A stretch of 61,923 bases of DNA from a virus (lineage: Duplodnaviria; Caudoviricetes): the IMG/VR virus record IMGVR_UViG_3300048591_001211, positions 1 through 61,923 of that record. One strand, given 5' to 3'. Shown here piece by piece: positions 47,994-57,120 of this stretch. Positions within the stretch are counted from its first letter, which is position 1, and each line of letters begins with the position of its first letter. Made by a program: the position numbers and the translations under genes. The notes beneath the pieces are model-generated. The model was not told where the DNA came from. It saw nothing but the letters and a program-made list of their open reading frames with translations, and ran no database searches.

Positions 47994-48383
47994 ATGTCGG
48001 CTCCGTCAGGCCAAGGCTCATCGGTATCGTTCGCCAGTGTGCCGCTCGGATTGCTGCGCTCGTGGAGGCGGCGGCCAGGGTCTGCGGTGATTCGCGAGAA
48101 GATGGGCGTAAATTCTCCGGTCGTCGGGACCGGCGCCGCTGCACGCGTTGTCATCCGCCAAGAGTGCGTCGCCATCAAGCCTGGCCAGGTGAATGTCTCG
48201 TTCTATGGAACGCCGCCATGGGCCGACACGGACATTGGCACGACGGGCATGCTTGCAGTCGTCCGGGTGACCGGGACGTATTCGCGCGAGGCCATGCTCG
48301 AAGACTTCGACGAGTTCACCGAGGTCGGCGGTCGCATTGTCGGAACGGCGGTATTCACTCTCACAGGGGAAGACTGGAGCTAA
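47994..48383 (+). CDS. Small tail-tube-like protein 3
   Basis: QG..V.F, PGQV.V.FYG and G.A.FTLTG motifs. Confidence 0.5.
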   Translation: MSAPSGQGSSVSFASVPLGLLRSWRRRPGSAVIREKMGVNSPVVGTGAAARVVIRQECVAIKPGQVNVSFYGTPPWADTDIGTTGMLAVVRVTGTYSREAMLEDFDEFTEVGGRIVGTAVFTLTGEDWS

Positions 48384-48387
48384 GTGC

Positions 48388-48744
48388 ATGAGCATTTTCG
48401 GGGAAATTGAAAGCCGGAACATCGAGGTCACTCCACCGGGCGCGTCGAAGTCGGTGTACCTCGCGCCTCCGCCAACGTCGGAGTGGATCTCGCTCGTGCG
48501 GGAGGTCCAGGCCTTGGAGGGCAAGACCCCCGACGCGTCGCTCGTGGCGCGCGTCGTTGCGACGTGCATGGTCGATGAGAACGGTAAACGTCTCAAGTCC
48601 GACGCGCTCCGCAAAGAGCTTGTCGAGACGACCCCGCACGTCGTGATGTGGCTTTACAAGCACTGTTGGAAGACCGTGCTCAAGGTCGGCGACGAAACCA
48701 TCAAAGACGCGGAGGGAAATTCCGAGGCCAGTCAGGGCTCGTAA
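48388..48744 (+). CDS. Tail assembly chaperone (gpG-like)
   Basis: Position before the tape measure gene; slippery G GGA AAT near the end. Confidence 0.75.
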   Translation: MSIFGEIESRNIEVTPPGASKSVYLAPPPTSEWISLVREVQALEGKTPDASLVARVVATCMVDENGKRLKSDALRKELVETTPHVVMWLYKHCWKTVLKVGDETIKDAEGNSEASQGS

Positions 48745-49055
48745 AGCGGTTGTGCTTTCGGCTGGCCATCAACCTTGGAGTCAAGCGACCGCGGAAGTGG
48801 CTACGGAAAGTGCCGATCGACGAGATCGTCGAGCTGCTCGGGTACTGGAATGTCGAGCCGTTTGGAAACGATTGGAACAGAACGGCGATGCAAACGCTCT
48901 TCCTGCTTAAGGCACATGGCGCGACTGTTGACGAGACATTCCTCGAGGCGTTCCTCCCGAACTACGACCCGAACCGACCAATGACCCAGGAAGAGATCGA
49001 CGCCGAGTTGGACAAGATTCACCGTCGACAACAAGCAAGGCTCACGGGTGAGTGA
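48714..49055 (+). CDS. Tail assembly chaperone -1 frameshift extension (gpT-like)
   Basis: The -1 frame ORF reads GKFRGQ...RLA..LG...EPFG.DW. Confidence 0.72.
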   Translation, partial: GKFRGQSGLVKRLCFRLAINLGVKRPRKWLRKVPIDEIVELLGYWNVEPFGNDWNRTAMQTLFLLKAHGATVDETFLEAFLPNYDPNRPMTQEEIDAELDKIHRRQQARLTGE

Positions 49056-51412
49056 TGGCTCAGATCGGCAGCGTCAACGTGTCGTTCATCGCGAACGCCA
49101 GCGGTCTCACCGCGGGGGCACAGGCGGCTGGTCGTGCGTTCAAGGTTCTCGGGGGTGACGCAAACTCTCTGCGGGCTGACCTTGCGGCGATCGAGAAGGC
49201 CGCTCGGCAGTCGTTCGAGGGCGTGGGGCCTCAAGCTGACGCAGCTCGAGCTGCGTTCACCGGTCTCACTACCGAAGCGGGCAGCCTCCGAGATCAGTTC
49301 GCCGCCGGCTCGATCACTTCGAACCAGTTTGCCGCTGGCATGCAGGGCGTCACGGATCAGGCGAACGCGATGGCGCGAGCCCTGGCGAACGCCGCTGCGA
49401 TCACGAAAGCGAACACGACGGCCGCGGAGGACTACTTCGCGCGTCTGGATCGCCTGAAGGAAGCCATCAAGCTCGGAGGCCTCTCTGAGGAGGCGGCGGC
49501 CCGGGAGCGCGAGGCGGCCCTTCAGGCCTTCCTTGCGGCGGAGAGGGCCGCGGATCAACTCTCAGGCTCGCTCGGGTCGCTCCGCGATGTGTCCGACGAG
49601 GTCGCATCGATCGAGTTCGAGAATCCCGTGGCCGGGATGGCCGACGAGATCGTTGCCCAAATGCAGGACATCGGCGCGGCGACAGACTTCACGATCGTGT
49701 CACTGGAGGACATGTCGTCATCTCTCTCCTCGCTTACGGCTGCGGGGGAAGCCGTTGCGGACTCTTCTGCATCTCTGGCCGAGGCCCACCAACGAGGAGC
49801 AGCCGTCGCGCGGGCGAACATGACGGCGGAGGAGCGGTACGCCGCCGAGCTCGAAGACCTCGATAACCTGCTGCGCGTCGGAGCGATCGACATGCAGACC
49901 TACCAGCGGGCGACCGCTGCAGCTGCGGCCCGGATGAAAGATGGCGCCGACGCGGCGGAAGAGATGACGAGCGAGCTAGGGGGGGTGAATAGCCGCCTGA
50001 ACGCCCTCATTGGCCTGAACCTGGCTGGCATTTTCACATCGATCACGTCGCAAGTCACGAACACCGTTCGGTCTCTGGTGTCGTTTGGCGCTGAGGAGGC
50101 GAAGGCCATCAACACGACGGCCGACCTTGCGACACGTCTTGACCTCACATACGCGGAACTGGCCGGCCTCGAGCTCGCCGCGCAGCGTGCCGGCGTTGGC
50201 ACCGACCAACTTTCCGGGGCGCTGACGAAGGCCGACGTCACGCTCGTCAAGGCTCTCCAGGGGTCGAAGGAAGCCAATGAGGTATTCAAGCTTCTGGGGC
50301 TCTCGGCGGCCGAGCTCAACAACCAGAGCCCGGGCGAGCGGTTCGCGGAGATCTCCGACGCGATCTCTAGCCTCCCGACGGCGGCGGAGCGGTCGGCGGC
50401 CGCGATCGCACTATTCGGCAAGGGCGGGGCGGAGCTCGTCCCTCTGTTCAACGCTGGCGCCGGTGCGATCCGGGCAGCCACTTCGGATGCCGACGCGTTT
50501 GGCCTGGCCCTGACGGGGGCGCAGGCGGCCGACGTGAAGGCGATGAACGATTCCTTTGCCCGCGGGTTCGACGCGGTGAAGGGCATCACGGACCAGGTCG
50601 TCGCGTACCTCGCCCCGACCGTGGCGACGTTTGTAGATCAGTTCTCGACGTTCATCGCGGACGTCGGCGGAGCGAACATCGGGCAACGGATAGGCGACGG
50701 CCTCGTAGCGGGTGCTGAATACGTGGCGGGCGTGGCCGACGGAATGATCGCCGGTCTCTCGACCGTGTGGACGTACGTGTCTTCCGTGGGTGATCAGTGG
50801 AACGCGGTAACCGCTTTCCTGAATCGCGTCGGCGGATTCTTCGACGGCATATGGCAGAACGCGAAGATCATTTTCTATGACATCGTGCTGCTGTTCTCGC
50901 AGACGTTTGAAGACCTCGCGGTCTTGGCTCAGGGCATTGGTGGATACCTCGGCTTTGATACGTCCGACATCGACTCGATTGTTGCCGGCGCCCAGGCCTT
51001 CAACGATGAGATCGAGAAGGGAATCACCGACGCCAACAAAAAGGCGGCTGATGCGTGGAAGCGTGCGTTTGGGCCAGAGCAGGTTGATCCTGCCGGAAAG
51101 GCGCTCGCCGGCCCGCTCCAGCAAGCGGTGCGCGACGCACGGGCCGCTGCCCAAGCCGCCGCAATCGCTGCCGACCCGAGGCGAACCGGCGTCCAGATCA
51201 CGTCCAAGGCGGAGGACAATCCCGTTGCCGCTGTGAACCAGGCGTTGCAGGGTGTGGAGTCGCGATCAAAGGAAGGCGTCGCGGAAATGTTCCGCATCAT
51301 GCGCGGCGGGTCTGGCGACGTGCAGGTGAAGCAGCTCTCAGTCCTCGAGCAGATCAAGCAGAACACCGACAACATCTTTGGCGAGGGCGTCTACGCCTTC
51401 GGTGATGCGTAA
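49052..51412 (+). CDS. Tape measure protein
   Basis: 786 aa, Ala-rich and helical; IGS.NV...AN N-terminus and ALFGKGG.EL.PL.N.G motif. Confidence 0.9.
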   Translation: MMAQIGSVNVSFIANASGLTAGAQAAGRAFKVLGGDANSLRADLAAIEKAARQSFEGVGPQADAARAAFTGLTTEAGSLRDQFAAGSITSNQFAAGMQGVTDQANAMARALANAAAITKANTTAAEDYFARLDRLKEAIKLGGLSEEAAAREREAALQAFLAAERAADQLSGSLGSLRDVSDEVASIEFENPVAGMADEIVAQMQDIGAATDFTIVSLEDMSSSLSSLTAAGEAVADSSASLAEAHQRGAAVARANMTAEERYAAELEDLDNLLRVGAIDMQTYQRATAAAAARMKDGADAAEEMTSELGGVNSRLNALIGLNLAGIFTSITSQVTNTVRSLVSFGAEEAKAINTTADLATRLDLTYAELAGLELAAQRAGVGTDQLSGALTKADVTLVKALQGSKEANEVFKLLGLSAAELNNQSPGERFAEISDAISSLPTAAERSAAAIALFGKGGAELVPLFNAGAGAIRAATSDADAFGLALTGAQAADVKAMNDSFARGFDAVKGITDQVVAYLAPTVATFVDQFSTFIADVGGANIGQRIGDGLVAGAEYVAGVADGMIAGLSTVWTYVSSVGDQWNAVTAFLNRVGGFFDGIWQNAKIIFYDIVLLFSQTFEDLAVLAQGIGGYLGFDTSDIDSIVAGAQAFNDEIEKGITDANKKAADAWKRAFGPEQVDPAGKALAGPLQQAVRDARAAAQAAAIAADPRRTGVQITSKAEDNPVAAVNQALQGVESRSKEGVAEMFRIMRGGSGDVQVKQLSVLEQIKQNTDNIFGEGVYAFGDA

Positions 51413-52302
51413 TGGCGTGGGTTTCATACGAACGCACGAACGACGGCACATCGCTTTCCGGCGAGATCGGACAGCCGATGGTCGACACGCTGGCGTGGGA
51501 GATCACGACCGACGGCGAGGGCGACAGCAAGGCGACGATTCTGGCCGGCGTCACAGGGACGATGGGCATCACGTGGGGCAGCTCTCACCCCGACCTACCT
51601 GCCCTCAAGGCCGTCGCGTTCAAGCTTGCGAAGATCGACAAGAAGAAATGGCGGCTCGACGTCACGTTCACGGTTCCGAAGAGGCCGCTCAAGGAGAACG
51701 GCATTCCGGAGGACGTCCTCGAAGAAGCCGGCATGACGGTCATCGAGCCAGCTATCCGGGACGTTTCGGGCGACGACATCCTCAATGCGGCGGGCGACCC
51801 CGTTGAAGGTCTTGAACGAGAGCGCGACGAGGAAACGCTGATCCTCACCAAATACTTCGAGGACGAGGCATCGCTGCAAGCCGCCAAGGTTGCCTACGCC
51901 GGCCGCACTAACGGCGACACCTGGAAAGGCTACGGCCCTCACAAGTGGAAGTGCTACTACAAGGGCGCGAAGAAGGTCGGCATATCAAAGCTCGACGGCA
52001 GCGAAGACGCAGGCACGCTCTACTTCATCGAATCGCGATGGGAGTTCAGGCTGAACCGAGACGGCTGGATCGCAAAGCCGTGGGATCTCGGGTTCATGGA
52101 GTTGAGCGGCAGCGGCTATCGCAAGACGATCATGGGCGACGACAAGAAGCCCGTGAAGCAGCCGGTGGCCCTGAATACCGACGGCACGGCGAAGACACCA
52201 GGAGAACCGCCGGGTGTTATTCGTGACGGAGACGGCGCGCAGCTCTACCTCACGGCGACGATGGCCGACGGCTTTGGGACACCGGTGCTGCTGGAGTCCT
52301 GA
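51412..52302 (+). CDS. Tail protein (distal tail position)
   Basis: Directly follows the tape measure gene; HP.., NAAGDP and N..TW.G motifs. Confidence 0.6.
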   Translation: MAWVSYERTNDGTSLSGEIGQPMVDTLAWEITTDGEGDSKATILAGVTGTMGITWGSSHPDLPALKAVAFKLAKIDKKKWRLDVTFTVPKRPLKENGIPEDVLEEAGMTVIEPAIRDVSGDDILNAAGDPVEGLERERDEETLILTKYFEDEASLQAAKVAYAGRTNGDTWKGYGPHKWKCYYKGAKKVGISKLDGSEDAGTLYFIESRWEFRLNRDGWIAKPWDLGFMELSGSGYRKTIMGDDKKPVKQPVALNTDGTAKTPGEPPGVIRDGDGAQLYLTATMADGFGTPVLLES

Positions 52303-52304
52303 CC

Positions 52305-52667
52305 ATGGCTCGCGGCAAGCTTCTGGATGAGCGGTCAGCGGCTCGCACCGAGCGCGCGGTCATCGCCTACGAGCAAGGCAACCGCAACATGCGCCCCGTC
52401 AAGTTCCGGACGGTATCGGATGAAGGCGACCCGTGGATACTCGCGCGTTACGCCGGCGCGTGGCCGAAGGGCGAGTTGCGAACGGTGGAGGTTGTCGACG
52501 AGGACGGCGAACCGTTCGACCCGCCGGAGTACATCGAGGACGTCAAGAACCGATTCGCGGACGTGGACACCGGCGACGAAGAAACGTACGGCGAGTGCGG
52601 CATCGCCTTCTACCGCGGCGTTCCGTTCATGACCGAGTTCGAGTGCGGGGCCACCGGGGGTTCGTGA
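52305..52667 (+). CDS. Hypothetical tail protein
   Basis: Synteny; W.KG...V...V.N.FA motif. Confidence 0.55.
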   Translation: MARGKLLDERSAARTERAVIAYEQGNRNMRPVKFRTVSDEGDPWILARYAGAWPKGELRTVEVVDEDGEPFDPPEYIEDVKNRFADVDTGDEETYGECGIAFYRGVPFMTEFECGATGGS

Positions 52668-52668
52668 C

Positions 52669-54765
52669 ATGCCTTCGAAGGGCTATCTGTTTGGGCATGA
52701 AACGCCGTGCACGTGCGGCTGTTCTCTTTGCACGACGGGCTCTCTCCCCGAGACGATCACGGTCACGTTCTCGGGCATCCCTGATCTCCAGCAAAGCGAT
52801 CCCCTCGTCACGCTTTCGACGACTTCGTGTTTCGGCACCGGGGCGACCGGCCGCCTTACATCGCCAGGAGGTTATCGCGGCACCGACGAAGGCCCGGCCT
52901 CCGGCACGGCGGTCACAAACCCCGGCTGGGGGTACGCGATCGTCGCGAGAGTGACGCCGGCCGGCAGCGTGGAGGTTGAAGACGACGAGGTCTTCACTCC
53001 CACATGGACCGAAGACGAAACCGAGTGCGGCATCCCGTGGTGGAGCATCACATCGGTCGCGGTGACTCCCGGCGCCTCCGGGTTCGTCGACGGTGAGCAG
53101 CTCGACCTGATAGTCGACGGCGATGTTACGGAAGACTGGCATGCTGTGCTGATCGTTCGCACGGTGCGTGAGGAGCCGGACATCGACGTCGAAGCGTACG
53201 GCGGCACCGGGGCGACGTTCACGGGCAACCTCGCGTTGAATCCCGGCCCGCCTCAGTCGTGGTACTTCGACACGATCGACGTCGACACGCCAGGCACGGG
53301 CTACACGGACAACGAAACCGTCGGGTTCACGCCGGGGCCAGGGGTCACGGCCGTGTCGTTCGCGTCGGCTCGCATCCGCACGGTCCGTGCCGCGCCGACG
53401 ATTGTTGCCGACCTGTCGGCCGCGAGCGGCACCGGCGGTGCATTGTCGGTCACGCTTGCCTCCGGAACGGACTACGAGGGGCGTGACATATGGGGTGCGG
53501 ACACGCTCGGAATCGACACAGCAGGAACGGGCTACGCGGTCGACGACCCAATCAATTTCACTGTGACCGACGGGCAGGAAGTCTATGCGGCATACGGTCG
53601 CGTCTCATCGGTTGGTGGAAGTGGGGAGATCACCGGCCATGTGATCGACTCGCCGGGGGAGTATTTCAAGGACACGGGCGTTGTCGACATCGTTGTCATC
53701 GACGACCCGGGTGAATACTTCCTCGACACCGGCGAGCCCGAGAGCGTCGAGGTCGTCGACGGTGGGAAGTATTGGATCGATGACATGGACGCGCCGCCCT
53801 ATGTCGCGGACGTCACCGTCGACATCACGCAAGACGTAGACGGGATCGGATCGGGTGCGGTCATCACGGCCACGATTGACGACGATCCCTACAGCCCGAC
53901 GTTCGGGCGGATCACGGCCTTCCCGATTGATACGCCTGGCGTGGATTACCTCGCGTGGGCGTGGAGGCCGCTGCATTGTTGCGGCTCGCAGTTGAACGAT
54001 ATCTCGATTGTGCTCAAGCGATCCGCGGACGACCCTTGCTACTACGACCACATCATGTGCGGCGGGTGGCGACAGCTTCCGAGTTCAAATTCGCTGATAA
54101 GGTCGGCAAGGCTTGTCCCTTGGGCGCGATATCGCGGCCCGTCCTCGCCACCGCTTGTGGGCATTATTCCTTACCGAACGTACATCGGTTCATCGGAGAC
54201 ATCGGTAGAAGCATGTGGATTGGCTGAGATTGAAGCGGACAGCCCCGTCGCTGACTGTGGCGACATGAATTTCGTCGCGACTGGCCCGGAAGGTATCGAG
54301 GCTGTCGTAGAGCCCGGCGGTGAGTACGACCAAGAGGAACGAGATCGCACGCTGTGCCACGCACTTTGTCACGACGGTGGTGAGATACCGGACGAAATAA
54401 CAGTTCGCATTACGGCGATCGCCCCAGGAGCGGTGGCATACGAAGGCGACCACGTCCTCGGAGACTTTGGGAGTGTCCACGTTAGCGGCGACAGGATATG
54501 GCAAAAGTTGCACGGCGGCAACGCGCTAATAGTTGCGCACCTATTCCCCGGGTACGGGAATACCATCGATTTCGAGGAAGGGACTTGCCCAAGGAAACCT
54601 CACCTTACGCTGGCTCCAGGTTCTGCTCTCCCGTTTGTGTACCTACCTACATTTTGTCCAGGGTTCATCGATGAGATATCGCCATGCCGTCCCCCCGTAG
54701 GTTACACGTGCACGTGGTACACAAGCGGTGAAGTTCCATGGGCGACGGCCGAGGTCGTGGCATGA
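52669..54765 (+). CDS. Large tail-tip / receptor-binding-like protein
   Basis: 698 aa with G.GY beta repeats, duplicated PGEYF.DTG and Cys clusters. Confidence 0.6.
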   Translation: MPSKGYLFGHETPCTCGCSLCTTGSLPETITVTFSGIPDLQQSDPLVTLSTTSCFGTGATGRLTSPGGYRGTDEGPASGTAVTNPGWGYAIVARVTPAGSVEVEDDEVFTPTWTEDETECGIPWWSITSVAVTPGASGFVDGEQLDLIVDGDVTEDWHAVLIVRTVREEPDIDVEAYGGTGATFTGNLALNPGPPQSWYFDTIDVDTPGTGYTDNETVGFTPGPGVTAVSFASARIRTVRAAPTIVADLSAASGTGGALSVTLASGTDYEGRDIWGADTLGIDTAGTGYAVDDPINFTVTDGQEVYAAYGRVSSVGGSGEITGHVIDSPGEYFKDTGVVDIVVIDDPGEYFLDTGEPESVEVVDGGKYWIDDMDAPPYVADVTVDITQDVDGIGSGAVITATIDDDPYSPTFGRITAFPIDTPGVDYLAWAWRPLHCCGSQLNDISIVLKRSADDPCYYDHIMCGGWRQLPSSNSLIRSARLVPWARYRGPSSPPLVGIIPYRTYIGSSETSVEACGLAEIEADSPVADCGDMNFVATGPEGIEAVVEPGGEYDQEERDRTLCHALCHDGGEIPDEITVRITAIAPGAVAYEGDHVLGDFGSVHVSGDRIWQKLHGGNALIVAHLFPGYGNTIDFEEGTCPRKPHLTLAPGSALPFVYLPTFCPGFIDEISPCRPPVGYTCTWYTSGEVPWATAEVVA

Positions 54766-55160
54766 ACCAGTGCGTCTACGACCCTGATACTCTGACCTGC
54801 CAGGCGTGCGGTCACGTCGCCCTGCGGCTACCGACGTTTCGCGATTGTCTGCCACCGCCGAAGCCGCGCGAGGAAAAGCCGAAGGGACCGCCCGGCCCTG
54901 GCCACTACCTCACTCGCACGCTCGGATACTTCGGAATCCACTACACGCCCGACTGCCTGTGCAAGCCGATGGCCGAGAAGATGGATCGCCGCGGCCCCGA
55001 TTGGTGCGAGTCGCCCGCCGGCATGAAGGAAATCCTGTCGACCATGAAACGAGAGCACAAGCGGCGATCGAAGCGGCGAGTCATGCCACCGTGGTCAGAC
55101 GCCGTCGCAGCGGGACTCGTGCATGCAGCGTGCGCGCTGGCTCGGAGGGCCGCCGCGTGA
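54762..55160 (+). CDS. Cys-rich hypothetical phage protein
   Basis: CQACG, GPG..L...L...GI...C.C...A..MD..GPDWC. Confidence 0.55.
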   Translation: MNQCVYDPDTLTCQACGHVALRLPTFRDCLPPPKPREEKPKGPPGPGHYLTRTLGYFGIHYTPDCLCKPMAEKMDRRGPDWCESPAGMKEILSTMKREHKRRSKRRVMPPWSDAVAAGLVHAACALARRAAA

Positions 55161-55813
55161 CGACCTTCGACCGCATCATCGTCATCTCTCTGGTGCGTCG
55201 GCCTGACCGGCTGACCGCGTTCAGGACTCGCCTCGGCGCCGCGTGGCCCGACGGGCTGAGCCGCCTCGAGTTCTTTCCGGCGGTCGACGGAACGGTCTGC
55301 CCGCCGCCGGATTGGTGGAGAGAAACGCCAGGGGCCTACGGATGCTGGAGATCGCACCAGCGCGTACTCGAAGAGTGCCTATCACTCGGATCGGGCAACG
55401 TGCTGATCTTCGAAGACGATGCGAGCTTCTGCGACTGTTTCGAGTTGCGGCTGGCTTCGCTCATGGGAATGGTGCCGTCGGACTGGGGCCAGGTGTACCT
55501 CGGCGGCCAGCACCTGCGGCAATACCCACCGGAGCCGGTGAACAACCTCGTGGTACGTGGTCGCAACGTAAACCGGACCCACGCATACGCCGTGCGGGGC
55601 GGTGAGCGGATGCGAGAGCTCTACCAGTGGCTTCATGCCGGCGAGCACTGGAAGGGCAAGCACCACATCGACCACCACTACGGACGGCTCCACAAGGAAG
55701 GATGGCCTGCCTACGCCCCGCGCGATTGGCTCTGCGGCCAATCGGCCGGGACATCGGACGTGGCCGCGAGGAGGCGAGACCCAGAGCGCTGGTGGCCAGC
55801 ACGGAGCCGATAG
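55157..55813 (+). CDS. Glycosyltransferase family 25
   Basis: VISL.RR.DR, AVDG, GC..SH, LIFEDDA and THAY motifs. Confidence 0.85.
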   Translation: MTTFDRIIVISLVRRPDRLTAFRTRLGAAWPDGLSRLEFFPAVDGTVCPPPDWWRETPGAYGCWRSHQRVLEECLSLGSGNVLIFEDDASFCDCFELRLASLMGMVPSDWGQVYLGGQHLRQYPPEPVNNLVVRGRNVNRTHAYAVRGGERMRELYQWLHAGEHWKGKHHIDHHYGRLHKEGWPAYAPRDWLCGQSAGTSDVAARRRDPERWWPARSR

Positions 55814-56370
55814 ACATGCTTGCCGTTCCAAGCGAAGAGCAGCTCGGGGCTGTAGCGGCGGAGGGGCTCGCGCTCGCCGTGGAGTGGAGCGAAGCGCCAG
55901 CGTGCATCGAGTCTCCTGGGTTCGCTTTCCTGCCCGGCGCAGTTGCAAACGACCAGGTGAGCCCACGGCTTGGCCGCGAAGAAGCGGTCGAGCCAGGCAA
56001 CGATCACATCGTCGGGCCAGTGTTGGAGGACGTCTTTCATCCAGTAGAGGTCTGCCATCGGGATGCGGCGAACGTCGGAGAGGTCATCGACGGCGAATCG
56101 CATGTGCGAGAACCGCTGGCGGTTTCGTTCGATCACGGTGGCGACGGCATCCAGGCCGAGGTAGGCGGTTCGTCCTCCGTGGATCACCGAGGGCATCCAC
56201 CGGCAATCGCCGCACCCGAGGTCTACCATCGAAAGAGCGGCATTCCGCCTGAGGTATGTATTGAGCCACTTCACGAGCGACCGGCAGAAGTCAACCGCGC
56301 TACCTGGTCCGCTCCCGCCGGTCCATGCGTCGTTGGCATAGATCTCGCCGAAGACAGTCGCAGCGTCCAT
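55711..56370 (-). CDS. Class I SAM-dependent methyltransferase
   Basis: F..IY....W...SG.GS, VDLGCGD.W, YLGLD and KDVLQH motifs. Confidence 0.85.
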   Translation of the reverse strand: MDAATVFGEIYANDAWTGGSGPGSAVDFCRSLVKWLNTYLRRNAALSMVDLGCGDCRWMPSVIHGGRTAYLGLDAVATVIERNRQRFSHMRFAVDDLSDVRRIPMADLYWMKDVLQHWPDDVIVAWLDRFFAAKPWAHLVVCNCAGQESEPRRLDARWRFAPLHGEREPLRRYSPELLFAWNGKHVYRLRAGHQRSGSRLLAATSDVPADWPQSQSRGA

Positions 56371-56385
56371 GCTCCGCTCCATTAC

Positions 56386-57120
56386 GTGTTCGGAATGGCC
56401 AGCGACTTCGGAAACAAGCCCTGGAGTTGGGTGCATTATACGAGCGTCCGTACTGCTCACGCGTTGAATCCAGGCTCCGAAATCATCATCTGGCTGGAGC
56501 ATGAGCCCGAGGGCACATGGTGGAAAGCTACGAAGCCGATGGTGACCATCCGCAAGGTAAAGGCGCCGACGAACATCTTCCGCAATCCGATCTGCCATCC
56601 GGCCCACGCAGCGGACGTCGTGCGATTGATCGCCCTTCTTGAGTACGGCGGAACGTACCTCGACTCGGACGTGTGGTGCCTGAGACCGTTCTCGACGATC
56701 GAGCACCCAGGATGGTGGATGGGAAGGCAGGGGCGAAGCTATGGGCTCTGCAACGCGACCATGGGTGGCAGCATCGCGTCGGATTTCGGAATCCGATGGC
56801 TCGAAAGCTATCGCGGATTCCGCTCGCAGGGCCGCGACCATTGGTGGGACGAGCACTCCGTCCGCGTCCCGCTGACGATGGCCCAGGAGCATCCGACCGA
56901 GATCGCGATCCTCGACGAGCGGTCCTGCTTCTTCCCGCTTTGGGGACGGATTCGCGACGTTTTCGACAGGCGGCACCGGTCTCGCGGGCACCTCGCAAAC
57001 TCGATCTCAGTTCACCTTTGGGAGAGCAAAACGTGGGACTGGCTCGGGCAACTGACGCCCGACACGATCGACCGCAAGAGCGAGATCGGCATTCGGCTTC
57101 AGGAGATGAACTGCCTGTGA
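56386..57120 (+). CDS. Glycosyltransferase, GT32 / DXD-type
   Basis: HYVFG, AH.ADVVRL..L..YGG.YLDSDV, NA.M and HLW motifs. Start uncertain (56386 or 56395). Confidence 0.85.
   Translation: MFGMASDFGNKPWSWVHYTSVRTAHALNPGSEIIIWLEHEPEGTWWKATKPMVTIRKVKAPTNIFRNPICHPAHAADVVRLIALLEYGGTYLDSDVWCLRPFSTIEHPGWWMGRQGRSYGLCNATMGGSIASDFGIRWLESYRGFRSQGRDHWWDEHSVRVPLTMAQEHPTEIAILDERSCFFPLWGRIRDVFDRRHRSRGHLANSISVHLWESKTWDWLGQLTPDTIDRKSEIGIRLQEMNCL

Noticed and set aside
55802-56376. Invertible segment flipping the methyltransferase via CGGAGC/GCTCCG
   Set aside because: The inverted match is only 6 bp in GC-rich DNA and no invertase is present, so it is not distinguishable from chance.
55627-56385. N-terminal 250 aa of the 497-aa plus-strand ORF, and the upstream part of the 426-aa minus ORF
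   Set aside because: These are antisense shadows of the methyltransferase and of GT32 respectively. Recognisable motifs begin only near 56370-56395.
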